A stretch of DNA of 64,000 nt, from contig JAZRXI010000023.1 of assembly GCA_045600145.1 (NCBI GenBank), forward strand, positions 16,192 through 80,191. Direction: 5' to 3'. This stretch comes from Clostridia bacterium (GTDB taxonomy: Bacteria; Bacillota; Clostridia; Christensenellales; QALW01). This document shows, in pieces, positions 9,417 through 17,256 of the stretch. The stretch's first letter is position 1, and each line of letters starts with the position of its first letter. The notes below the pieces were generated by a model. The model did not search any database. It was not told the DNA's origin and saw only the letters and a program-made list of their open reading frames with translations. Position numbers and translations under genes: made by a program.

Positions 9417-9840
9417 GATATTGTTTAGGGGCAAGAGAACAGATAACGGCGAATGGGTGTATGGAGATTTATTGCAAAGAGATGAGGGTAGAAAAATTAA
9501 AGCAATAATGCCCCCATATCCCGCAAAAAAAGGAATTGTTGTCAAAGAGGATAGTATCGGTCAGTACACCGGCTTAACCGACAAGAACGGTACGCAGATT
9601 TTTGAGGGGGATATATTCATCGACAAAGAAGATGAAGTTATTTCCGTCGTGAAGTTTAGAAATGGGATGTTTTGCCTTGTTGATTACGGGATAAAAGGGG
9701 CTTTAATGCCGTATGGCTATGACGAAAGTGCAGGTGGTTTTGGTGAGTGCGATTGTCAGCCTATGGACAATTATAATATTGACGAAATGCAAATTGACGG
9801 CAACATACACGACAACCCTGAACTTTTGAAAGAGGTGTGA
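9409..9840 (+). CDS. YopX-family phage protein
   Basis: MREILFRGKRTDNGEWVYG...IGQYTGLTDKNGTQIFEGDI; AAGGAG RBS upstream of 9409. Confidence 0.7.
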   Translation: MREILFRGKRTDNGEWVYGDLLQRDEGRKIKAIMPPYPAKKGIVVKEDSIGQYTGLTDKNGTQIFEGDIFIDKEDEVISVVKFRNGMFCLVDYGIKGALMPYGYDESAGGFGECDCQPMDNYNIDEMQIDGNIHDNPELLKEV

Positions 9841-9843
9841 AAA

Positions 9844-10020
9844 ATGACGGTCGTAGTACAAAGAGCAGATGAAGATAAAATCAGAAGAATACCATTTATC
9901 AAAACCGTATATATGAACGGTGGTATTCTTGAAATGGTCGACAAAAACAATGTGTATCGTGGTGGCATAAACCCCGACAAGTGTATCATTTTCAGAATTG
10001 AGGATGGTGATGATGTATGA
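9844..10020 (+). CDS. hypothetical small protein (58 aa)
   Basis: Fills the gap between YopX and the 10017 gene. Its stop overlaps the next ATG. Confidence 0.3.
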   Translation: MTVVVQRADEDKIRRIPFIKTVYMNGGILEMVDKNNVYRGGINPDKCIIFRIEDGDDV

Positions 10021-10316
10021 CTTGTGAAGAAGCGTTGAATACCTGTGAAATGGCATTGAAAGCAATAGGAATGTCCCATTCGCCGCAAAATGATTATAAC
10101 TCGGCCGCTGAGGTCGTCAAAGAAATGTCAAAAGTACACGACATTGAAACTTTGATGATGTGTGTTGAAAGACAAATACCAAAAAAGCCTACACCGGATA
10201 AAGACTTTCATAACTTAAAGCTATGCCCGACTTGCAATGAATGTCTTGATGTGAATGGTGTAAATCACTTTCCGCATTGTGCAAACTGCGGGCAAAAAAT
10301 AGATTGGAGTAATTGA
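10017..10316 (+). CDS. zinc-ribbon protein, paralog family A
   Basis: ERQIPKKP ... CPTCNE ... CANCGQKIDW. Confidence 0.5.
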   Translation: MTCEEALNTCEMALKAIGMSHSPQNDYNSAAEVVKEMSKVHDIETLMMCVERQIPKKPTPDKDFHNLKLCPTCNECLDVNGVNHFPHCANCGQKIDWSN

Positions 10317-10317
10317 A

Positions 10318-10629
10318 ATGACTTACGAAGAAGCATTAAATCAAGGTATCAAAATGACTGATGAATATGCAAGGAATGATTTAGAAAGGTATTTGTTAAG
10401 GAAAGAAGAACCGATACCGAAATCAGTTGCATTAGGGATGAAAGCACTTGAAAAGCAGATACCGAAAACACCGAAAGAAACTGAAAAAGGAAGTTTTTTA
10501 GAACTTGACAACGGTACACAATATGAAATATTAGGTTTGTGTCCAAACTGCTCTGTACCGTTTATCGGTTGCGTACCAAAATACTGTTCCGCTTGTGGTC
10601 AAGCAATAGAATTGAACGGAGAGAACTGA
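10318..10629 (+). CDS. zinc-ribbon protein, paralog family A
   Basis: EKQIPKTP ... CPNCS ... CSACGQAIEL. Confidence 0.5.
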   Translation: MTYEEALNQGIKMTDEYARNDLERYLLRKEEPIPKSVALGMKALEKQIPKTPKETEKGSFLELDNGTQYEILGLCPNCSVPFIGCVPKYCSACGQAIELNGEN

Positions 10630-10701
10630 TATGGAAAATCTTATTTTTTTACTCGGTATGTCCCCGTTTTGGAAACTATCTAAATAGAACGGAGACTCAA
10701 A

Positions 10702-11034
10702 ATGGCAAAAAGCATAATTCAGACGAACAGAGACAGATGTTATCTGTGTGGTGCGCGTGGAACGAGCGGAGATCCGCTTGACGAACATCACGTATTCCCC
10801 GGACCAAACAGGAAAAAATCCGAAAAATATGGATTGAAAGTTTATATTCATCATTTCAAATGCCACATATTCGGAAAAGAAGCGGTACACGTCAATGCTG
10901 ATGTTTGCAGAAAACTGCAAGCAGAAGTACAGGAAATCGCTATGAAGTATTACGGGTGGTCTATACCGGACTTTATTTCGATAATAGGCAGAAACTACAT
11001 AGAAACGGAGAACGAAAACAATGAAAACACTTGA
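10702..11034 (+). CDS. HNH-like zinc-binding protein
   Basis: CYLCG...DEHHVFPG.NRKKSE...HHFKCH...AVH. Family assignment is tentative. Confidence 0.35.
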   Translation: MAKSIIQTNRDRCYLCGARGTSGDPLDEHHVFPGPNRKKSEKYGLKVYIHHFKCHIFGKEAVHVNADVCRKLQAEVQEIAMKYYGWSIPDFISIIGRNYIETENENNENT

Positions 11035-11460
11035 ACAATTAAAATCAACAGCAAACCTACTTATCGCCCGCGTAGGAGCCGATGGCGGCGTTGGGCAAAA
11101 TTCGCCTTAGGAAAACCTTGGGCGTCTGTAATATGGTCTTACGGCGCCGGATGGGAGCATGTAAGCGTTTGCCCTTATAAAAAATCGCACACTCCGACTT
11201 GGGATGAAATGTGCAGAGTAAAAGATATGTTCTTCAACGAGGATGAAACGGTGGTAGAGTATCACCCGGCAAAGAGCGAATATGTAAACAACATTCCGAA
11301 CTGTTTGCACCTGTGGAGACCTCTCAACGAACATATGCCGACACCGCCGAGCATTATGGTTGGCGTTAAAGACGGAGAAACACCGCAACAATTTCTCTCC
11401 GAACTTAAAAAGGCGTTACAGGCCGATGAAAGCAAAGGAGAAAAGCCCGATGAAAAATAA
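11021..11460 (+). CDS. conserved-looking phage protein interrupted by a frameshift (frame change at the A4 run 11097-11100)
   Basis: The 29-aa ORF 11021-11110 stops at TAG. The -1 frame is open from 11035 and encodes GKPWASVIWSYGAGWEHVSV well upstream of its first ATG (11209). Confidence 0.4.
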
Positions 11461-11492
11461 GCATTTTGGAAAATGAAAGCGAGGATGAAACA

Positions 11493-12014
11493 ATGACAGT
11501 TCGGGAATTGAGCAAACTATATTATCTGCACAAACTGATTGAACGGGACACTATTAAACTGTCAGAACTTGAAGCGCAGTTGCAGCCGGGTGGAATGAAC
11601 ATCAGCGGAATGCCGCGTAATCCATCCCCCGAAAATATGATGGAGAAAATCGTTCCTTTGATTATCGAAATCAAAGAGCGCATCGAAAAGCAACAGGAAC
11701 AGTACATACGCGAGCGCATTGCCATTGAGGAGTACATTCAATCTGTTGATGATTACCAAATACGGCTTATTATGTCATACCGTTTCGTTGACCTTATGAC
11801 TTGGCAACAGATTGCTTTCCGAATTGGAGGCAACAATACAGCAGATAGCGTAAGAAAAGCGTGCAATCGTTTCTTGAAAAAACCTTCGTTTGTATCTCCG
11901 AAACCGAATTTAGAGATTGAAAACGAAAATCCTAATTATGACAGAGAAGAGTGTGCTAACTGCGAATGCGATGAAAAACACTGCTCGACTTGCAAATATC
12001 GGCATATATTATAA
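11493..12014 (+). CDS. putative late-gene transcriptional regulator (sigma-70 region-4 / ArpU / DUF1492-like)
   Basis: GMPRNPSP ... IEEYIQSVDDYQIRLIMSYRFVDLMTWQQIA pattern. It is the last gene before the packaging block. Cys-rich tail. Confidence 0.5.
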   Translation: MTVRELSKLYYLHKLIERDTIKLSELEAQLQPGGMNISGMPRNPSPENMMEKIVPLIIEIKERIEKQQEQYIRERIAIEEYIQSVDDYQIRLIMSYRFVDLMTWQQIAFRIGGNNTADSVRKACNRFLKKPSFVSPKPNLEIENENPNYDREECANCECDEKHCSTCKYRHIL

Positions 12015-12049
12015 TTTTTTAACTTTGTCCGTTTTGTCCGTATGGTATG

Positions 12050-12058
12050 TGCTATAAT
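12050..12058 (+). promoter_or_regulatory. extended -10 promoter element TGcTATAAT
   Basis: TGCTATAAT lies 36 nt after the regulator stop. No good -35 at 17 nt spacing. Confidence 0.4.
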
Positions 12059-12084
12059 AATATCATCGAATTCTATCAAAGCAG

Positions 12085-12115
12085 CCGACAGGTCAAAAGC
12101 CTGTCGGTATTTTTA
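12085..12115 (+). terminator. intrinsic terminator
   Basis: CCGACAGG-tcaaaag-CCTGTCGG followed by TATTTTTA. Confidence 0.65.
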
Positions 12116-12229
12116 TGCGAGAGGGAGGATAGAAAAGAGAAATATGGTCGCTATGTTGCTCCTTGCGTAGCGGCGACTTGGGTATCTGTACGCCAACAGA
12201 CACACCGAATTTTTAAGGAGGAAAACACA

Positions 12230-13225
12230 ATGTTTTCAAAACTGAAAAGCCGCTACAAATCAAATCCATCGTTTTACTATTCGATGAGCATTGCGGCAAC
12301 TTGGGCAGGTGCCGGCTCTTTTATCGTAGGCACACAAATAGCAAAAGACTTTGGTATCTTTCCGTGGCTCTTGTGGGCGCTCGGAAACACGCTGACCTGC
12401 ATCGTATTCGGTCTACTCGCACAGAAATTCCCGAAACTTCGCGAGGTGGCGAAAAGCAAGCCTGTTCAAATCCTTATGGGCTTGATGTGCATTTTTCAAA
12501 TATGGGTAAATATGAACGGTATTTATGAAATGCTTGCGCCGACAGTAATCGGTAGCACGGCGGCATATATTATCGTTTATGTTTTGTCTGCATTCTTTAT
12601 TTTGTTTTATCTGAAACGCGCAACATTCCGAAATGTCGCAACGGATAATATGTCTTGGCTTTTGGTTTACGCTCTGATTGCAGGGCTTGTCATTTATTCT
12701 ATGTTTACCAACGGCATTAGCGGCATTCCGACAGTAATTGACCCGATACAGATTAAGAGCAAGGCGTGGCTTTGCGTAACATTGGCTTTCGGTGCGTTCT
12801 TCTATCCTACATTTTGGGAATTGCTCGATTACAATGACGATAACGCAGACGAAGCAAAGAAAATAAATATGAAAAAGCCGTTCGTTATTGGCGGATTGCT
12901 TTTCGGATTTTATCTGTTGTTTGTTCTCGCCGGCTCTCTAACCACCTATTCCCCTGCCGTTGATTTAATCAAAGGAATACTTGTATCGCTCGTGGCTATT
13001 TCTTCCCTTTCATCGTTCATTTACGGTGCAATGGTGAACTTCGGAAAGAAAATAGGCGTTGTGGTCGATGTAGCGGCTGTTGCAACTTGGCAGCTTCTCG
13101 TTCCTATGGGTGTAATGGGTGTTTGGACACTTATGCAGAATGTGCGCATTTGGATGGTTTTGGCGATGTTTGCGGTGGCTCTTGTATGGCACTTCGTTGA
13201 AAAACGAAAGGCGGTGCGGAAATGA
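12230..13225 (+). CDS. polytopic membrane permease (~10 TM; N-terminus resembles sodium:solute-symporter signature)
   Basis: AAGGAGG RBS. MFSKLK...SIAATWAGAGSFIVG, then hydrophobic segments throughout. 331 aa. Confidence 0.6.
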   Translation: MFSKLKSRYKSNPSFYYSMSIAATWAGAGSFIVGTQIAKDFGIFPWLLWALGNTLTCIVFGLLAQKFPKLREVAKSKPVQILMGLMCIFQIWVNMNGIYEMLAPTVIGSTAAYIIVYVLSAFFILFYLKRATFRNVATDNMSWLLVYALIAGLVIYSMFTNGISGIPTVIDPIQIKSKAWLCVTLAFGAFFYPTFWELLDYNDDNADEAKKINMKKPFVIGGLLFGFYLLFVLAGSLTTYSPAVDLIKGILVSLVAISSLSSFIYGAMVNFGKKIGVVVDVAAVATWQLLVPMGVMGVWTLMQNVRIWMVLAMFAVALVWHFVEKRKAVRK

Positions 13226-14010
13226 GCCTCGGCAAGAAAAAGAATATAGACAATGCCGAATGGATAAAGGCAATGTCAGAAATTGAAAGTGCCGTTTCTA
13301 AAAAGGATATCCAAAAACTCAAAAGCAAAACGCTTGACGAAATAAAGCGCATCACAAAGCAAAAGAAAGTCGCGTTTGCTTGGAGTGGCGGCAAAGACAG
13401 CATTGTTCTTGCCGATATTTGCAAGTCTGCGGGAATAGAAAATTCAATGTTCGGCCATACGGACCTTGAATACCCCGAATTTCTCAAATGGTGCCTTGAT
13501 AACAAGCCGAACGAATGCGATGTTATCAATGTCGGTCTTGACCTTGAATGGTTGTCAAAGCATCAGGGAATGTTGTTCCCCAATGACTGCAAGACGGTGT
13601 ACCGTTGGTATCAGTTGGTACAGCAAACCGCCATAAAGAAATATTTCAAAGAACACGAACTTGATATGATAGTTGTCGGACATCGAAAAGCTGACGGCAA
13701 TTATGTAGGCAAAGGCACAAATATCAGTAGCAATGGCGCCGGTATCGTTCGGTACTCTCCGCTTTCGGAGTGGTCGCACGAACAGGTGCTTGCATATATA
13801 CACTATTACGGACTTGCGCTCCCTCCGATATACGAATGGGAGAACGGCTACAAATGTGGGACACATCCCTGGCCTGCAAGAACGCATACTCATAATATCG
13901 AAGACGGCTTCAAAGCGGTTTATGCGATAGACAAAACCATTGTCGAACAGGCAGCGGCGTATATTCCCGAAGCTCGTCATTTCCTTGAGAAAGGGGGTGA
14001 CGAGAAATGA
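13222..14010 (+). CDS. PP-loop ATP pyrophosphatase, PAPS-reductase family
   Basis: AFAWSGGKDS PP-loop; ATGA coupling to the permease. Confidence 0.75.
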   Translation: MSLGKKKNIDNAEWIKAMSEIESAVSKKDIQKLKSKTLDEIKRITKQKKVAFAWSGGKDSIVLADICKSAGIENSMFGHTDLEYPEFLKWCLDNKPNECDVINVGLDLEWLSKHQGMLFPNDCKTVYRWYQLVQQTAIKKYFKEHELDMIVVGHRKADGNYVGKGTNISSNGAGIVRYSPLSEWSHEQVLAYIHYYGLALPPIYEWENGYKCGTHPWPARTHTHNIEDGFKAVYAIDKTIVEQAAAYIPEARHFLEKGGDEK

Positions 14011-14618
14011 TTATTACACGCATTCCGCTTTCGCAATTAAAAAAGCCGAAGCGTAATCCGCGCATCCATTCCGAGAAGCAAATCAAAGAATTGGTAAAGA
14101 GCCTTGAAGCGAACGAGCAGATCCGACCTATCGTAGTTGACGAAGACTACACGATTCTGTGCGGAAACGGTTTGTATGAGGCATTGCTTGCCAAAGGCGA
14201 AACCGAAGCGGATTGTCTTGTGAAAAAAGGGATGACCGAGAACGAAAAGAAGAAGCTTATGTTATCGGACAATAAGATTTACAGTCTTGGTGTCGATGAT
14301 ATGAGCGTATTTGAGGAATTTCTTGCGGAACTCGGAGACGACCTTGATATTCCGGGATATGAAAAAGAGCTGCTCGAAACTCTTACTGCAGATTCGTCTG
14401 ATATTGACGATATGATGTCCGGTTACGGCATTATATCCGATGAAACGAAAGAGCAAATCGAAACTACCGCCAAAAAGTATGAAGCGGATGATACCGCCTA
14501 TGCAAATGAAGCGGAAGAAATAAAGCCGGCGCAAATCGCGGATGAAACTCCTGAGCCTGAAAAACTTGACAGGCGATACATTGTATGCCCAAAATGCGGC
14601 GAACGCATTTGGATTTGA
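14007..14618 (+). CDS. ParB/Srx N-terminal-domain protein with C-terminal CPKCG zinc motif
   Basis: RNPRIHSEKQIKELVKSL...IRPIVVDEDYTILCGNGLYEAL; acidic linker. Confidence 0.7.
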   Translation: MIITRIPLSQLKKPKRNPRIHSEKQIKELVKSLEANEQIRPIVVDEDYTILCGNGLYEALLAKGETEADCLVKKGMTENEKKKLMLSDNKIYSLGVDDMSVFEEFLAELGDDLDIPGYEKELLETLTADSSDIDDMMSGYGIISDETKEQIETTAKKYEADDTAYANEAEEIKPAQIADETPEPEKLDRRYIVCPKCGERIWI

Positions 14619-14627
14619 GGTATCGCT

Positions 14628-15794
14628 ATGGCAATTAAAAAGGTTGAAGGAAAAATGAATGTCGTTGAAGCGGCAGAACAAAGAATAAAGAATGTCTTTT
14701 CAAACGGCGTCAAGGTCTATCTTGCGTTTTCGGGTGGTAAAGACACTCTTTGTATGTGCAACCTTGTTTATGAGCTTGCGATGCGCGGCGAAATAAACCC
14801 GAAAATGCTTACTGTCGTTTTCATAGACGAAGAAGCACTATACGAATCAATGTTCCAAATGGCGTTGAGATGGCGAAAAAGGTTTATCGCTCTCGGCGCA
14901 CAATTCCGTTGGTATTGTCTCCCCGTTTATCAAGTGTCTATGCTTCATCATCTTGCCGATGACGAAAGTTGGGTAACTTGGGAGCCGGGCAAAGAAAATG
15001 TGTGGATAAGAAAACCGCCGCCCTTTGCTATTCTACGCGACCCCGCGATAGAATACGCAGGTCAGATGAATTATCAAACATTTTTGCCGAAAGTGTGCAA
15101 AGACGGTTTAATGATGGTTGGCGTAAGAGCAGCAGAATCTGTTCAGCGCGTTAAATATCTTAGCACGGTCAATATGACAGAGGGACACACAACGGGAAAC
15201 AACATCGTATATCCGATATATGATTGGAAAGACAGCGATGTTTGGTTGTATATCAAAGAACGAAAACTTGACTTTCCGCAGGCTTATATAGACCTGTACC
15301 GTGTGGGCGTAAAGAAATCACAACTTCGGTTGTGTAATTTTTTTGCTTCGGAAAGCATTGCCGGACTTCGATATATAGCGGAGACAGACCCAAACTTGTG
15401 GGACCGAATTCAGAAGCGAGAGCCAAACGCATACCTGGCTCTGCTTTATTGGGATAGCGAGATGTTCCACAGGAGCACGGCGAAGCGAAAAGCACTTGAA
15501 AGCGGAGAGCCGAAAAAAGATTATAAGGAACTCTGCAAAAAGGTACTTTTCGAAGAGCCGGAGAAATACTTTACAAATCCCAAAACAAAAGAAGTTGCGA
15601 GGGCATATCGGCAATTATACGTCAAAGGGTTTTCTTTTATGACGCAGCGGCATTTCAAAAAGATGTACGAAGCGGTAATGGCAAGAGACCCGAAAAAGCG
15701 TTCCTTGCGAGCGATTTATACAGACATATTTATGGACTATACCAAGTACAGTAAGCAAACTGATGCGGGTAAGGGGGTGAATATGAATGGATGA
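14628..15794 (+). CDS. IbrA-like PAPS-reductase-family protein (PP-loop + DUF3440-like C-terminal domain)
   Basis: AFSGGKDT PP-loop. 388 aa with a long C-terminal extension. Confidence 0.75.
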   Translation: MAIKKVEGKMNVVEAAEQRIKNVFSNGVKVYLAFSGGKDTLCMCNLVYELAMRGEINPKMLTVVFIDEEALYESMFQMALRWRKRFIALGAQFRWYCLPVYQVSMLHHLADDESWVTWEPGKENVWIRKPPPFAILRDPAIEYAGQMNYQTFLPKVCKDGLMMVGVRAAESVQRVKYLSTVNMTEGHTTGNNIVYPIYDWKDSDVWLYIKERKLDFPQAYIDLYRVGVKKSQLRLCNFFASESIAGLRYIAETDPNLWDRIQKREPNAYLALLYWDSEMFHRSTAKRKALESGEPKKDYKELCKKVLFEEPEKYFTNPKTKEVARAYRQLYVKGFSFMTQRHFKKMYEAVMARDPKKRSLRAIYTDIFMDYTKYSKQTDAGKGVNMNG

Positions 15795-16311
15795 ATCGCT
15801 ATTTGCTCCATTATCCTCTTTGCATTGGGTTGAGCGCGAAAAGTTAAAGGCGAACGACTACAACCCGAATAAAGTAAGCGAGGACAATCTGCAACTTTTG
15901 ACACAATCAATCCTTACGAACGGATGGACGCTTCCGATAGTCGTGCGTCCGGACTACACAATCATCGACGGCTTTCACAGATGGACGGTATCAGGCAGAG
16001 AGCCGCTGCTTTCAAAACTCGGCGGCAAAGTGCCTGTTGTTATCGTGCATCACGATGACGAAGCCGGTGATATATACGGAACAATTACGCATAACCGCGC
16101 AAGAGGAACGCATCTCCTTGAGCCTATGAAAGTTATCGTGCAGAAACTCATTGACGAGGGAAAGACGGTAAGCGAAATCGGAAAGCAACTCGGAATGAAA
16201 CCCGAAGAAGTATTCCGTCTGTCGAACTTCACCCGCGATGATTTCCTTGAAATGATGACAAAAGGCGTTGACGGTTATAGCAAAGCGGGAATGTTCAAGA
16301 AGATACTTTGA
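15787..16311 (+). CDS. IbrB-like ParB/Srx-domain protein
   Basis: NDYNPNKV...LPIVVRPDYTIIDGFHRW; overlaps the upstream stop. Confidence 0.7.
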   Translation: MDESLFAPLSSLHWVEREKLKANDYNPNKVSEDNLQLLTQSILTNGWTLPIVVRPDYTIIDGFHRWTVSGREPLLSKLGGKVPVVIVHHDDEAGDIYGTITHNRARGTHLLEPMKVIVQKLIDEGKTVSEIGKQLGMKPEEVFRLSNFTRDDFLEMMTKGVDGYSKAGMFKKIL

Positions 16312-16330
16312 CCGTATAAGCCATTTCCAA

Positions 16331-16399
16331 CCCCATATAGCGTTTTACAGTTTGGCGCGAGCGTGAACTCGGTTAAACAATGTAATGCGCTATATGGGG
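16331..16399. repeat. large inverted repeat (12-bp perfect core CCCCATATAGCG / CGCTATATGGGG, extendable to ~19 bp)
   Basis: Arms at 16331-16342 and 16388-16399 in the 170-nt gap between the ParB-like gene and the packaging genes. Confidence 0.6.
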
Positions 16400-16481
16400 C
16401 GTTTCCGTGCGTTGCAATGGATTGTAGACATCCCATAAGAAAAAGAAAACAAAATATCACACTAACGCAAGGAGGAATAGC

Positions 16482-16673
16482 TTGAAAAACAGAAACGGCG
16501 TTGAATACATAAAAGTATTCAACGACTACAAAGACGGAAAAACCGTATGCATTTGCAAGAGGGACAAAAAGCGATGCAACAAGCGATGTACTCCCGATGT
16601 GGTAGAGCGAGACAAATATCGCGGATGGGAAGATACATTCCACGTCAACAAATACGGAAAGTCGAAAGGTTAA
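16482..16673 (+). CDS. hypothetical small basic protein (TTG start)
   Basis: GGAGG RBS 8 nt upstream of TTG. 63 aa. Confidence 0.3.
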   Translation: MKNRNGVEYIKVFNDYKDGKTVCICKRDKKRCNKRCTPDVVERDKYRGWEDTFHVNKYGKSKG

Positions 16674-16737
16674 AAGTCTTGATAATTCCCTACCTTGTAA
16701 TCCCCCGCAAAATTGTTAAAGAAAAGGAGAGGAGGGA

Positions 16738-17256
16738 ATGACAAATAATATCAATCATATCAGTGCTTGGGAACGCCAAGAAAACGAAAGCGAGCCTGCA
16801 TTTCAGGCGTTTGTCACCTACCGAGATAAAGGTCTCGACCGTACCCTAATCTCCGTTTCGCAAGAGTTGCACAAAAGTTATACCCTCATTCGCAGATGGG
16901 CTGACACTTGGAGTTGGTCTGAAAGAGTCCGAGAGTATGACAACGAATTGGAGCGCAAAGCCAAAAAGGAAGCCGAGAAGCAACGCAAAGATATGTACAC
17001 TCGGCACGCGAAGATTGCAACAACATTTCAAAAAAAGGCAATGGAAGCCCTTAATGAACTTGACCCGAAGATGATGTCGGCAAAGAGCATACGGGAATTC
17101 ATTGAAATGGCAACTGAACTCGAACGCCAAAGCAGAGCAATGGCGGTAGAAGAATACGAAAAGGAAGACGAGGCAACGAACTCGTCTGTTGTTATTATCT
17201 GCGATATACCGAGAGACACACAAGGAGATGCGAAAGCAGATGAAGATAAACGCTGA
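16738..17256 (+). CDS. terS: terminase small subunit
   Basis: ESEPAFQAFVTYRDKGLDRTL...IRRWADTWSWSERV HTH-like N-terminus. Sits immediately upstream of the large terminase. Confidence 0.65.
   Translation: MTNNINHISAWERQENESEPAFQAFVTYRDKGLDRTLISVSQELHKSYTLIRRWADTWSWSERVREYDNELERKAKKEAEKQRKDMYTRHAKIATTFQKKAMEALNELDPKMMSAKSIREFIEMATELERQSRAMAVEEYEKEDEATNSSVVIICDIPRDTQGDAKADEDKR

Noticed and set aside
12116-12229. Possible riboswitch in the leader of the phage permease gene.
   Set aside because: A stem-loop is present, but I cannot match it to any riboswitch consensus I know (preQ1, SAM, TPP and others). It is kept only as part of the late-leader finding.
12047-12229. N-terminal 61-aa extension of the permease ORF in the ORF track.
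   Set aside because: The extension spans the promoter, terminator and leader and has no RBS. A strong AAGGAGG precedes ATG 12230, where the hydrophobic protein begins.
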